Assembly: GCF_963921235.1 (NCBI RefSeq)
Contig: NC_086097.1
Span: forward strand, 102,426,001-102,490,000
Direction of reading: 5' to 3'
Source of the DNA: Mobula hypostoma
Taxonomy: Eukaryota
DNA length: 64,000 nucleotides
Under the pieces are notes generated by a model. That model made no database searches. It had not been told where the DNA came from and worked only from the letters and a program-made list of their open reading frames with translations. Below are positions 11,623 through 23,490 of this stretch, piece after piece (within the stretch, counting starts at the first letter, position 1; every line of letters begins with the position of its first letter). The translations under genes were made by a program, and so were the position numbers.

Positions 11623-14600
11623 AAAGTTGCTTAAACAAAAGAAAAACATGTCCTTGTTGTTTGGGTGTTAACAGTGGTAGTAGAGGATGATTTCCAATTA
11701 TAGGATCCTGCCAGCATTTGATGACAGCAAGCCTTACGAAAGCTGGAGAAATGAAATTGGAATATGGATTCATGTTACAGAACTGGAGAAGAAGAGGCAA
11801 GCCTTGGCTGTTGCTTTCTGGGAAGAGCAGGAGAGACCGAGATGGGAATTTCAGTGGAAGACCTGAACAAAGTTGATTGAATGAATACACTAATAAATAC
11901 AATTGACTGTTTTCTGAAGGAAGAAAAGGATTGGATTTATGAAGCATACTCAGACTTTGACAATATTTACAGAGACAATTCTAAAAATATGGCTGATTAT
12001 CTTATTGATTTTGAACAAAAGTACACTCGCATGCATAAATACAAATGGAACCTCCTGATGCTGTGGCTTTTAAATTGTTGCATATTGCATGTTTAGACAT
12101 GAAAGGCAGACAGCTACTGTTAATTGCATGCAGAAAACTTACTTTTCGATCTAAGAAATTAGCACTCAAGAGAATTTTTGGAGAAAAGGCTGCTAAGACA
12201 ACAGTCAGAATTAGTTTGATTCAGGAAATGGCATATTCCACTGAGCAGAAACAAGAGTATAGCAAGCGTAGTTCCCAGACTGACCAGACAATGGTACCAT
12301 TAGAAATGTGCAGCATATCAAAATATTTACTACTGGGCAAGAAACTGTCCACACAGAAGTGAACAAGTTAAGCCAACTGAAGAACATAACAAATCTGAAG
12401 AAGTAGAAGCGTGTCATATCACATTGTTTGTGAAGGAATCACTTACTAATGCAGAGATATCTGAGGCAGAGGTTTTGATGATAGGATCTCTAGTATCTGC
12501 TGTTATTGATACAGCATGCATACACACAGTGTGTGGAGAAAAACGGCTTGAAAGCTATGTAAGTGAACTAAACCAGAATGAAGTGCATAAACCAATGAAC
12601 ACAGATACACCTAGTAACAATGCATTCAAATTTGGAGATGGAAAGTTTGTGCATTCCACCAAAAGAGGTAAAATTCCTGCAAAAACAGGGTAGATAAAAT
12701 GTTACATTGAAATGGAGGTGGTACCAGTGAACATTCCATTACTCTTGAGTAAATCTTCCCTAAAGAAAAAAGGAGCAGTACTAGATATAGAGAATGACCA
12801 AGCAATGATGCTTCAACAGCCAGTGTCTCTTGAACTCACCAGCCTTGGACATTACTATGTGAACACTCTCGATAAAGACATTACTGAGAACCAGTGGGAG
12901 AACCGTCACACAAAACATGACCATAGATGAGAAACGCAAAGTGGTGCTCAAACTTCACAAGCAGTTTAGACACACTTTAACAGATAGACTTCAGAAACTG
13001 CTCAGGAGTTCAGGAAACAAAGATGCAGATTATTTTTCCATTCTAAAGCAGATAATTGACAGCTGTGTGACACGCCAAAAGTTTGGAAAGCCCAAGGCTG
13101 CGGTTGGTCTGCCGCTAGCATCTGAATACAATGAAACAGGAGCCATAGACCTACACGAACCAGAGCAAGGAGTGTGGTACTTCCATGTCACTGATGAGTT
13201 CACACGTTTCAGTGCTGGTAGCATTGTAAATACAATGAGGCACTCACCCGAGATGGTAAAAAAAAACTTCATCCATTCTGGATAAGTGTGCTTGGCCCAC
13301 CTCGGAAAGTATTCAGTGATAATGGTGGTGAATTTAATAATGATGAATTCAGAGATACGGCAGAAAACTTTAACATTGAAACAAGTACAACAGTCTTTGG
13401 AGTAATGGACTTCTAGAGCGACACAAATACTTACTGAAATAATGCTGAAGGTAATGAAAAGGAATAGCTGTGATTGGAACATAGCCCTGGACTGGACCCT
13501 TATTGTGTCAACTGGTGTTTGGCCAGAATCCAAACCTTCCCTCTGTACTGGTTGACACACCACTTGCTCTAGCGGGCACTACAAGGAGTGAATGGGTTGG
13601 GAAACATATTTCAACACTGCATGTATCAAGGAAGGCTTTCACTGAAGTAGAGTGTTCAGAGAGAATTCGAAAAGCACTGAGGGCACAGGTCCGTCTTATA
13701 GATGACAAACATCAGACAGGGAACAGTGTGTATTACAAAAGAGCAGACTGTACAGAACAGAAAGGTCCTGGAGTTGTCTTTGGTCAGAATGGAGTTGTTA
13801 TTCATGAGACATGGAGGTACATACATCAGAGTGCATCGTTCCAGACTACGTAAGCACAAGCTGAAGACCATCAGAACTCCATAGAGAACGATACAAAAAA
13901 TGAAAAGCACTTACCTGGCACACGGTCACATAGCACAGAGAGAGATGAGGAGAGTGCAGCTAAGGACCCAACAGAGTTGCTCAACAGTGGCACAGACAGT
14001 GTGGAAGAGAGTGCAGTTGGGAACTCAGACTTGCTTGTACAGAAATTATCAAGTACAAAGACAACATGAAGTTTTAGCCTTAAAACAGGACAAACTGAGA
14101 TTTTTAGACCAAAGCACTGGTATCTCATACAAAGCCGAAGTCTGAGGATGAGCAGACAAAGCCACTGGGAGAAACAAAAGTTGGTACAACTTGAATTACC
14201 TAGAACCAGTCACAGTTGTTGGCACGTCAGTCCACGTGTCATGTGTAGACAGACTTCATACTGAATCAAGTATAGATGAGGCTGGATCATCCGAGAAATG
14301 TCAAGATGAAGATGCCCTAGTAACTAAAGAGGTGTTGTTGGAATCTGCAAAACAGGATGAAATCAGAAGTTGGAGAAATAGTGGAGTGTTGAGAAAGCCA
14401 GAGACATTGTCAAAAGACAGAGTCTAGAAGATTGGTGTGCCCTTTGAAAGAAACCCAGACAGAAAATACACCAAAAGCACGTCTGGTAGCTAGAGGTTTT
14501 GAAAAACTGAACATAAAAGAATTCCAAAAAGACTCACCAACATGTGCATCAGAGTCTCTCCAACTACTTCTCTCAGCGATATGTCAAAAGCATTGGCAAA

Positions 14601-16069
14601 CCCATTGCATGGACATAAAATCCGCATTCTTACAGGGGATGGAGCTATCACGTGACATTTACATTAAAACCCCCCCTACTCCCACCCGCCCCAGCTGAAG
14701 CCAGAAGTGAAGGAACACCGTGGAAACTCAAAAAGTGTGTGTGGTCTAGCAGATGCATCACTTTACTGGTATAAAAAAGGTCAAGGAAATGTTGAAAACA
14801 GGTGAAAAAAGGTCACAAGTGGATCCAGCTTTTTTTTTTACTGGCAAGATTCACAATGTCATGTGATTGGAGTACTGTATGTCATAAAGATGACTTCATA
14901 TGGGGAGGCTCATAAAACTTTGTCACAACAGTTATCCCTCAGCTAAAATCAGCCTTTCAGGTTGGGTGCAAGGAACATGACAGATTCTGCTTATGTAGGG
15001 ATAAACATCCTTGCTTTTAACGTTACTGTACAACTCCACCAAGAAAGCTACGTCAAGAATCTTCAGACAATCCACATGGAATCCTCACATGCCACACAAC
15101 AGGATGCACCCCTCAGTGAAGCTGAAGCCAAGCAACTTAGGTCAAAGATAGGTCAGATTTGATTGGTGGCAACGCAGAGCAGACACAACATCATGCTTGA
15201 TGCCTGCAACTTGGCATCCAGCATAAAAAATGCCATAGTACAAACTTTACATGAAGCAAACAAGATAGTGTGCAGAATGCAATCTGAAAAAGTGGCTGAA
15301 GTTTCAACAGCTTGGAAAAGAGCTCAGTGAGGCCTCACTTGGAAATCTTCCTGATGGACGGACTCAAGGAGACATTTTATTGTACTGATGGTGGAAGAGG
15401 GAGGATTTTCACCTCTCTATTGGCAATCAAAAAGGATCCAAAGAGTTATACAAAGTACGCTGAAAAGAGAAACCCTTACAATGTCTGAAGGTATTGACAA
15501 TGCTGTTTATCTGGCCACACTCTATTCTGCGCTTTTCCATGGTGATCCGAAGAAGAGCAGTTTACAAATAACTTGTGTCACAGACAACTACTCTTTGGTT
15601 GATGCCATCAAATCACCAAGTCAGTTACAGAGAAGAGGCTTCATCTAGAGATAAGCAGCACCAAAGAACTTGTCCAAGCACAGAAAATTCATCATATGCT
15701 GCCGTCAACCACAAAGGACAACAAGGGAGCTCCAGCTCTTGTGCTGTTAAAGGCACTTAGTGAAGGCATTTGGTACCTTAAGAACTGGTTCTTCATGGGT
15801 TAGAACTAATTCTCATGTCCTAATGGATATTTGAATTGTCTTTACATTTTAAAAAATTATATACATAAAAAAGGAGGTGGAGATTGTTGAGTTCTGTTCA
15901 TTTGGATTTAGTGGGCATACGTACTTCCCCATTATGCGCATGCATGCCAGATTGGTGGAGAGGGGGGGAGGGAATTGTGGGATAAAAGGGTAGCAGCCCT
16001 CAGGATTGAACTGAGCTGTTGAAGGTAAAGTTGTTTAAACAAAAGAAAAACGTGTCTTTGGTGTTAACA
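11623..16069 (+). mobile_element. Degenerate Ty1/copia LTR retrotransposon, GalEa-type (gag-PR-IN-RT-RH), 5' LTR truncated
   Basis: LTR end TGTTAACA then PBS TGGTAGTAGAG (11675); protease AVIDTACIHTVCG; integrase KLHKQF.H and SDNGGEF; RT PKARLVARGFE, DIKSAFLQG, DDFIWGG; RNase H WQSKRIQRV; PPT 15867-15883; 3' LTR 15885-16069. Confidence 0.88.
15885..16069 (+). repeat. 3' LTR (185 bp, TGTT...AACA) of the copia element
   Basis: Follows the purine tract AAAAAAGGAGGTGGAGA; its last ~45 nt match 11623-11673. Confidence 0.85.
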
Positions 16070-16204
16070 CCTGCCACTGCTTCTCAGCCACGTGTCCCAC
16101 GTCCCTCCTGCAGCACACCACCCTTGCCATTCCAGCATCCTTTGCTCCCACAAACTCACTCACTGCTCCACACTGACAAATACAGTACTGTAGCTGAATA
16201 AATT

Positions 16205-16550
16205 TGTAGGGTCAGGAATGGTTCCAGAGGACTGGAAAAATCACAAATGTCACTCCACACTTTAAGAGAGGGTGGCAAAAAAAAACAGGAAATTATGCAC
16301 TGGCTAGCCTGATTTCAGTGTTTCGTAATGTTTTTTCTGTTATTAAGGATGAGGTTTCAGGGTACTTGGAAGCACATAAAATAAGCCAATAAGCATGGCT
16401 TCTGTAAGGGGAGATCTGCTGGAATTCTTTGAGGAAGTAACAAGCAGGATAAACAAAGGCAAATCAATGGGTGTTTGTTTACTTGGACTTTTAGAATGCC
16501 TTTGACAAGGTGCTGCATGTGAGGCTGTTAAATTAGATAAGGGTGCATGG
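16205..16550 (+). mobile_element. CR1 RT fragment
   Basis: VPEDW...NVTP, LLEFFEEVTSRI, DF..AFDKV motifs. Confidence 0.75.
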
Positions 16551-17214
16551 TGCACCTGTACTGAAGCAGATTGTGGAGGAGATATTGTTCAAAGTAAATT
16601 TATTTAAGTTTGCCTCTCTCAGGACGTTTGCCAACTTGGGAAGCGCATATCAATGACTGGAGCTGGTTTCCCTCTAACCGTGTCACTTTTCCCCAATTCC
16701 AATCCGCCATCCACTTCCAAGCACAGAGTCTTCCATACTACAATGCAGCTTTTAATGGATAGGACATGGAACATCACAGCACAGTACAGTACAGGTTCTT
16801 TGATCCACAATGTTATGCCGACATTTTAATCTACCCCAAAATCAAACTAACCCATCTCTCCTACATCGCCCTCCATTTTACTAACATCTATGTGCCAGAA
16901 GAAATATGGAAAATAACATCCCAAGAACCTGTTTCTTTGTTCAACAGCTCCATTTAATATCAGAGAATGTTTACAATATACAACCTGAAATTCTTGTTCT
17001 TTACAGATATCCACAAAAGCGGAAGAGTGAGTGACAGTTAAAACATGTGAACCCAAAGCTCCCCTACTCCCCCTTCCACATACAAGCAGCAGCAAAGCAA
17101 CGAGCCTCCCCCATCCACACCCACTTACTTCAGCAAAAAAGCATCAGCACCCCCTAAGCAAGCAAGCAATAGCAAAGCCTCCATGAAAGATATAATCTGC
17201 AGTACAACAATTCA

Positions 17215-17489
17215 CGTGGCCAAGTGGTTAAGGCATTAAGGCCTGAAGGTCGTGAGTTCAAGCCCCAGCCGAGGCAACGGGATGTGTCCTTGAGCAAGGC
17301 ACTTAATCACACACTGCTCTGCGACGACACTAGTGCCAAGTTGTATGGGTCCTAATGCCCTTCCCTTGGACAACATTGGTGTTGTGGAGAGGGGAGACTT
17401 GCAGCATGGGCAACTGCTAGTCTTTCATACAACCTTGCCCAGGCCTGCGCCCTGGAGAGTGAAGACTTTGCAAGACTAACGGATGCCTT
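17215..17489 (+). mobile_element. tRNA-derived SINE with 12-bp TSD
   Basis: A-box TGGCCAAGTGG, B-box GAGTTCAAGCC, core GTGTCCTTGAGCAAGGCACTT; TACAACAATTCA at 17203-17214 and 17490-17501. Confidence 0.85.
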
Positions 17490-17949
17490 TACAACAATTC
17501 AACATACCACAGGCTCTCTCTCCCCCTAATAAGGGGACAGAGAGGAGTCACTCATGAGAGGGGAAATATAAACGAATCAACTCGCTGATTCATGGCGTTA
17601 AAGTCTACTGTGTCCCACCCCTGCATTCTCAGACTTGAGAATCAGCAACAAACTCTCCCCCACCAACGAGAGAGGCAGAGACACAGAGACAGAGATTTTA
17701 TGGGATAATAGCAAGGAAGAAGTTCAGTTTGTATTTTGTACAATGGATTCTATATATGCAATAGCAAAGTTGATATTTGAGGTAAAAAGGGGACCAAGAG
17801 CACAAATACAGAATTGGCTAACGGGCAAGCTGGAATGTGGTCTAAAAGGTTCAGGACGACAATACTAGCCCAGCTAGTAAAGCCACAGTCTCACATACTA
17901 GTAGCCAGGTGCCATCTGTGTGGAAGTTGAATGTTCTCCCTGTGATGAC

Positions 17950-19290
17950 CATAAGACAGAACAGAATAGCCCATTCAGCCCATTAAGTCTGTGCCATCAC
18001 TCTATCATGGCTGATTCCGAATCCCACTCAACCCCATATACCTGCCTTTTCTCCATATCCTTCGATGCCCTGACCGACCAGGAAACGATCAATTTCCACC
18101 TTAAATATACCCACAGACTTGTCCTCTACCGCAGTCTGTGGCAGAGCATTCCACAGATTTACTAATCTCTAGCTAAAAAAATTCCTCCGTATCTCTGTTC
18201 TAAAGATATGGGGCCCAAAACAGTTGACAATACTCCAAATGTATCCTGACCAGTGTCTTAAAAAAAGGCTTAGCATTATCTCCTTGCTTTTATATTCTAT
18301 TTCCTTGGAAATAAATGCCAACATTGCATTTGCCTTCTTTACCACAGACTCAACCTGTAAATTAACCTCTGGAGGCTTGCATGAGGACTCCCAAGTCTCT
18401 CTGCACCTCTGATGTTTGAACCTTCTCCCCATGTAGATGATAGTCCGTACTTTGGTTCCTTTTACCTAAATGCATTATCATACATTTCCCAACACTGTAT
18501 TCCATCTGCCACTTTTTTTGCCCATTCTACCGATTTGCCCAAGTCCTGCTGCAATCACATTGCTTCCTCACAACTACCCATCCCTCCACCTATCTTCATA
18601 TCATCCCTCAACTTTCCCACAAAGCCATCAATTCCATTATCTAAATCACTGACAAACAATGTGAAAAGTTGCAGTCCTAAAACTAACCCCTGAGGAACAC
18701 CACTAGTCACTGGCAGCCAACCAGAAAAGGCCCCCTTTATTCCCACTCTCTGCCTCCTGCCTGTCAGTCATTCCTCTATCCATGCCAGTATCTTTCCTGT
18801 AATGCCAGAGGATTTTATCTTGTTAAGCAGCCTCATGTGTGGCACCTTATCAAATGCCTTCTGAAAATCCAAGTAAGTGACATCCACCGCCTCTCCTTTG
18901 TCCACCCTGCTTGTTACTTCCTTGAAGAACCCTAACAAATTTGTCAGGTAAGATTTCTCTTGATCCTTGAAAGATCATGACCAATGCATCCACTATCTCT
19001 TCAACAACCTCCCTCAGGTCTCTGGGATGTAGCTCATCTGGCCCAGCTGGCATATCCACCTTAAGACCATTGAGTTTGTCTAGCACTTTTTCCTTTGTAA
19101 TAGCAATGGCACTCATTTCTGCTCTTTGACACTCATGGACCTCTGGCACACTGCCAGTGTTTTCCACAGTGAAGACAGATGCAAAGTACCCATTAAGTTC
19201 ATCTGTCATTTCCTTGTCCCCCATTACTACCTCACCAGCATCATTTTCCAGTGGTCCAATATCAACTCTCCATTCCCTTTTACTCTTTGT
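17950..19290 (-). mobile_element. CR1 LINE fragment with internal deletions
   Basis: GVPQGLVLG, GPDELHPR, VVKKANAMLAFI ORF pieces and CR1 3' tail. Confidence 0.85.
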
Positions 19291-20074
19291 ACGGAGTGGG
19301 TTTCCCCCCAGATTTTCTTCTGTACTATAAAAATGTGTAAGGTGGGAGATTAATTGTTGTAAATTGCCCCTCTGAGTGGTAGAATGTGGGATGAGTTGAA
19401 GTGAATGTGGGAAGAATATGAAAAGGTATTAATGTCAGATCATTGCAAATATTTGGGACAGGGTCAGTAGGTTACAGGGTCTGATTCCATGACCACTGCT
19501 GGCTTTGATTTTTATTTTATTTCATTCATGGGAAGTAAATGTTATTAGCAAAATGATCATTTATTGTCTATTCCCAGTTGCCTGTGAAATGAGGAGGCAG
19601 TTAACTATCAATCATATTATTGATTCTGGAATTATGTGCAGGCCAAACTGGATATATCCTTCTGTGAAGAATATTAGAAAACCTATTTGGCTTTGTACCA
19701 TTCTACCACTTTCATAATTACTGCTACTGATGCATTATTTTAAGTTCCAGATATTATTTATATTCTAGAATGTCAGGCCCCCAGATCCCATTGCAAGTTC
19801 CAAACTATGTTTCTGAACCATTGTTTGAGGACATTGCCTGCTTGATCAATAGCTTAATCTCTGTGCTGCTGTATCCACATGTTAATGAACTAGACTTGGG
19901 CACAATTTCAAAATCTGTAGATATCACAAAACTATACAAATGGTGAGCTGGGGATCTGGTAGAATGGTAACTCACGTGCAAATGAAAATTTACACGATTG
20001 AAAGGAAAGGAAAAATATAATACAAACTACAAGGTCAATCTTAAAAGAATATGAGAAAAGAAACCCAGGGTGCA

Positions 20075-21249
20075 GAATTGAAAATACACGTGGACTAAGA
20101 TGTTAACTGTCCTGTGCTATCACCAGTGGGATCATCAGTTGACCTGCCACCTGTCTTCAGGAGTTTCGGCCCACTTATGATCAAGACTCCCTCAAGGTGG
20201 TGGGCCAGCAGTGCTAAAGCACCATCTCCCACTGGTGAGCTTAAAAACTTGGCATCTGCCTCTATCAGAGTTGTTGGTCGCTACCATTCAACAGATAGTC
20301 TACTCTTCAGGCCTCTATGCAACTACTGAAGGGTTTGCAAAAGATGTATACACTTTCCGACTATCTGCCCCTCTGGACATACTTGGTCCACACCCATGCT
20401 GATCCTTTCTCTGCTGCCTCAGCTACAGACCTGCTGGTTGACTTGATCTCTCTTCTAGTGAAGCCAAGCTCACGCAGCCACTTCTGGAAAGTGAACGCAA
20501 TAAAGCCACGGCAGCCTACTTCGAATGGATAGCATGAGACCTTCCACCCTCTGTCTCTGCACTCTGATCTTAATTCTGCATATTTGGTAACTTGCGCTCA
20601 TGGGCTTCATCGATGTTGTCTTCCCAGGGAACTGAGAGTTCACCAATAACCACTTCTCTACTGGTTTCAGACCGTACAATTATATCTGGACGCAATGTGG
20701 TGAAAGCTATATGCTCCGGGAAACTGCCTTTCCCATCCAGGTCGGCCTTGACACACCAATCATTGGCTGAAGAAAGTAAGCTTGATCGTGAGCCTGCGCT
20801 GTACACCCTTTACTTGGAGCCTTCTTTCACAATCAATATGCAATGTTCTGTGCAGCATGGGGCATGAGATAAGTTGTGCTGCAGTACTCTCTGCTCAACC
20901 ACTTCTGTTACAACTTTGAGAATGTTGTTATGTCTCCAAGTGTACATGCTGCTGGAAAGATTGACTCTGCATGCACTCAAAATGTGTTGAACTGTTCCTT
21001 TCTCGCCACAAGCAGCACACCTGTCTGTCTCATCTTCATACCAGGTGCTGAGGTTGGCAGGTGCTGGGAGCAGATCGTACACTGCTCTGCGTAGAAAAGA
21101 AATGCGGAGCGGTTCCATCTGCCACAGAACATTCCAAGATAGATGTCGTTGTTCAACACTTTCCCACCAGGTCCAAGCCCCTTGTTTGGCCAGGCCAGCT
21201 GTTTTAGCTAACCTCTTCTCCTCTTCTACCTCTCGTATTTCTTGTGTTA
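20075..21249 (-). mobile_element. Hero-clade (R2-group, restriction-like endonuclease) non-LTR retrotransposon, 5'-truncated
   Basis: AVYDLLP.PANL..W; CCHC finger CAAC...HILSAC; YTWRHN; RPDI; ELSVPWE; EVGCRGF; stop at 20361; 3' UTR 20075-20360; 38-39-bp flanking direct repeat. Confidence 0.88.
20126..20200 (-). ncRNA. Candidate hammerhead-like ribozyme with reversed strand connectivity and a kink-turn, in the Hero 3' UTR
   Basis: CCACCU-UGA-GGGAGU-C-UUGAUC-AUAA-GUGGG-CC-GAAA-CUCCU-GAAGAC-AGGUGG-CA-GGUCAA-CUGAUGA-U-CCCAC; four helices pair by inspection; activity untested. Confidence 0.55.
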
Positions 21250-21349
21250 CAATCTTAAAAGAATATGAGAAAGAAACCCAGGGTGCATATAAATCTTTAA
21301 AATTGGTAGGAAGGGTGAGCAGAGCAGTTTAAAATAAAAGGAAATAATA

Positions 21350-21520
21350 ACAGGATGTTGGAATTGTTCAGGTCAGGCAGCATCTGTAGTGAGAAAGTTA
21401 TTATATTGTAGGTCAATGGCCTGAATAAAGGATCATTGACATGAAACATTAACTCTGTTTCTCTACATAGATGCTGCCTGACCTGCAGAGCATTTTCAGT
21501 TTTTCATTCCAAATTTCCAA
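21350..21520. mobile_element. Short palindromic Penelope-terminus derivative
   Basis: Perfect 17-bp inverted repeat CAGGTCAGGCAGCATCT (21369-21385) / AGATGCTGCCTGACCTG (21469-21485), resembling the Penelope ends elsewhere in the window. Confidence 0.6.
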
Positions 21521-21689
21521 TATTTTGTTTTCCAGTTTATGAACAGATGTAAACAGTAGAAAGGGTGGAAACTGTGCCCAATCAAACACTGTACACAAAA
21601 CCAGGATACCAAACCCCAGAAATAACATGAAGGCTTTGGAGAGAAAACCACACACGGATTAGTGCTGGAATCCATATGGTTTATTACAT

Positions 21690-22213
21690 GAAGTATAATA
21701 TTTGGAAGGACAAACTCCAAGGCAGAGTACAAAGTAAATGGCAGGTTGGTAGTGTGGAGGAGCAGAGGGATCTCGGGGTATATGTCCACAGATCCCTGAA
21801 AGTTGCCTCACAGGTGGATAGGGTAGTTAAGAAAGCTTATAGGGTGTTAGCTTTCATAAGTCGAAGGATAGAGTTTAAGAGTCGCGATGTAATGATGCAG
21901 CTCTATAAAACTCTGGTTAGGCCACACTTGGAGTACTGTGTCCAGTTCTGGTCACCTCACTATAGGAAGGATGTGGAAGCATTGGAAAGGGTACAGAGGA
22001 GATTTACCAGAATGCTTCCTGGTTTAGAGAGTATGCATTATGATCAGAGATTAAGGGAGCTAGGGCTTTACTCTAGTTTAAGAGACTACCAGACAGGTAT
22101 ATGGAGGAAATTAAGGTGGGGGCTTATATGGGAGGCAGGGTTTGAGGGTCAGCACAACATTGTGGGCTGAAGGGCCTGTAGTGTGCTGTACTATTCTATT
22201 CTATTCTATTCTA
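21690..22213 (+). mobile_element. CR1 LINE 3' fragment with (TATTC)n tail
   Basis: QRDLGVYVH...[20 protein letters not shown]...ERVQRRFTRMLPG. Confidence 0.9.
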
Positions 22214-22229
22214 AGTATCAATCAGGATA

Positions 22230-23490
22230 TGGATGTAGAAGTTTCAGATGCACCAAAACTGTAGCATCAACAGTAAAGCATTGAACTAAAGGATTACATT
22301 GATCAAATAGTCAAATGGGGAGAGCAGTAGGAGATGGAATTTTGCCCTGATACATTTGGGGAGGAACAAAAAAGACTAAAAATGTCAAGAGAAATACAGC
22401 AAATGGTAGGGGTCTAGATGATATTGAGGAACTGAGGAATCTCTGTGTGCCAGGTTTGTTGGAGGTGGAAGCACAGGTAGATAATGTGATCAAGAAGGCA
22501 TATGGGATACTTGCCTTCATTCACCATGCATAGAATACAAGAACAGGGAGGTTATAAAATATTATAAAGCATTCATAATAACATAATAGTATTATGTACA
22601 GGTCTAGTTGCCATGCTATGATTGCATGAAAGGGTGCAGAGGAGAATCAGCAGGATGTTGCCCGAGACGGAGATCAGTTATAACTTCAAACATAGAACAA
22701 CAACAAAAAAGGAAGAGCATTTCAGTCCACTCTGTCTATGCCAACCATCATGCCAATTGAAACTAATCCTATCTGCTTTCATATAGTTTATATCCCTCCA
22801 TACTCTGCCTCTTCATTTGCTGTACCAGCATCCACCATTTCCCTAGCAGTGCAGTTCAGACACCTACCTCTCCTTGTTCAAAAAAAAATTGCCCCATAAA
22901 TCTCCTTTAAACTTTGCCTCCCTCACTTTAAATCTATGCCCTCAAGTATTTGATATTTCCACTCAGGGGAAAAATAAGCCTCTCACTAACTAGTCTCTCA
23001 TTCAAGCCCACACATTTGTGAACTTCTTCTGCACTCTCTTCAAGGCCTTCATACCCTTCCTATAATGCAGTGACCAGAACTCCACACACTACTCTAAATA
23101 TAGTCTAACCAAAGTTACATACAATTGCAACATGACTTTAAAACTCTTTTTTACTCAATACTGTCCAATAAAGGCAAGCATGTCACAGGCCTTCTTTATC
23201 AGCTTATCTACTTGTGCTGCCAAATCCATGGCGTTATCAACTTGTACCCCAAGAGAAGAGTTTTTTTTAATGCAGAAGGCGGTTGGAATCTAGAACACAC
23301 AGTCACAGGTGGTGGAGGCGAGTACTGTGAAGACATTTAAAGAGAATTTAGATGAGTATTTGAATTACAAATGGTACAGCTAAAAATCAAAAGCTGATAA
23401 ATTGGATTAATATAGAAAGGTTTCTGGTGGCTGGCATAGATATGGTAGACTGAAAGGGTCTGTTTCTGTACTATGTGACTCTACAAGAGT
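22230..23490. mobile_element. Cluster of old CR1 fragments in both orientations
   Basis: Plus 22230-22680 (KKAYGILAFI), minus 22690-23250, plus 3' end 23255-23485. Confidence 0.65.

Noticed and set aside
8423..17489. tRNA genes at 8423 and 17215
   Set aside because: Only A/B-box heads without a cloverleaf, followed by SINE bodies; the second has a TSD.
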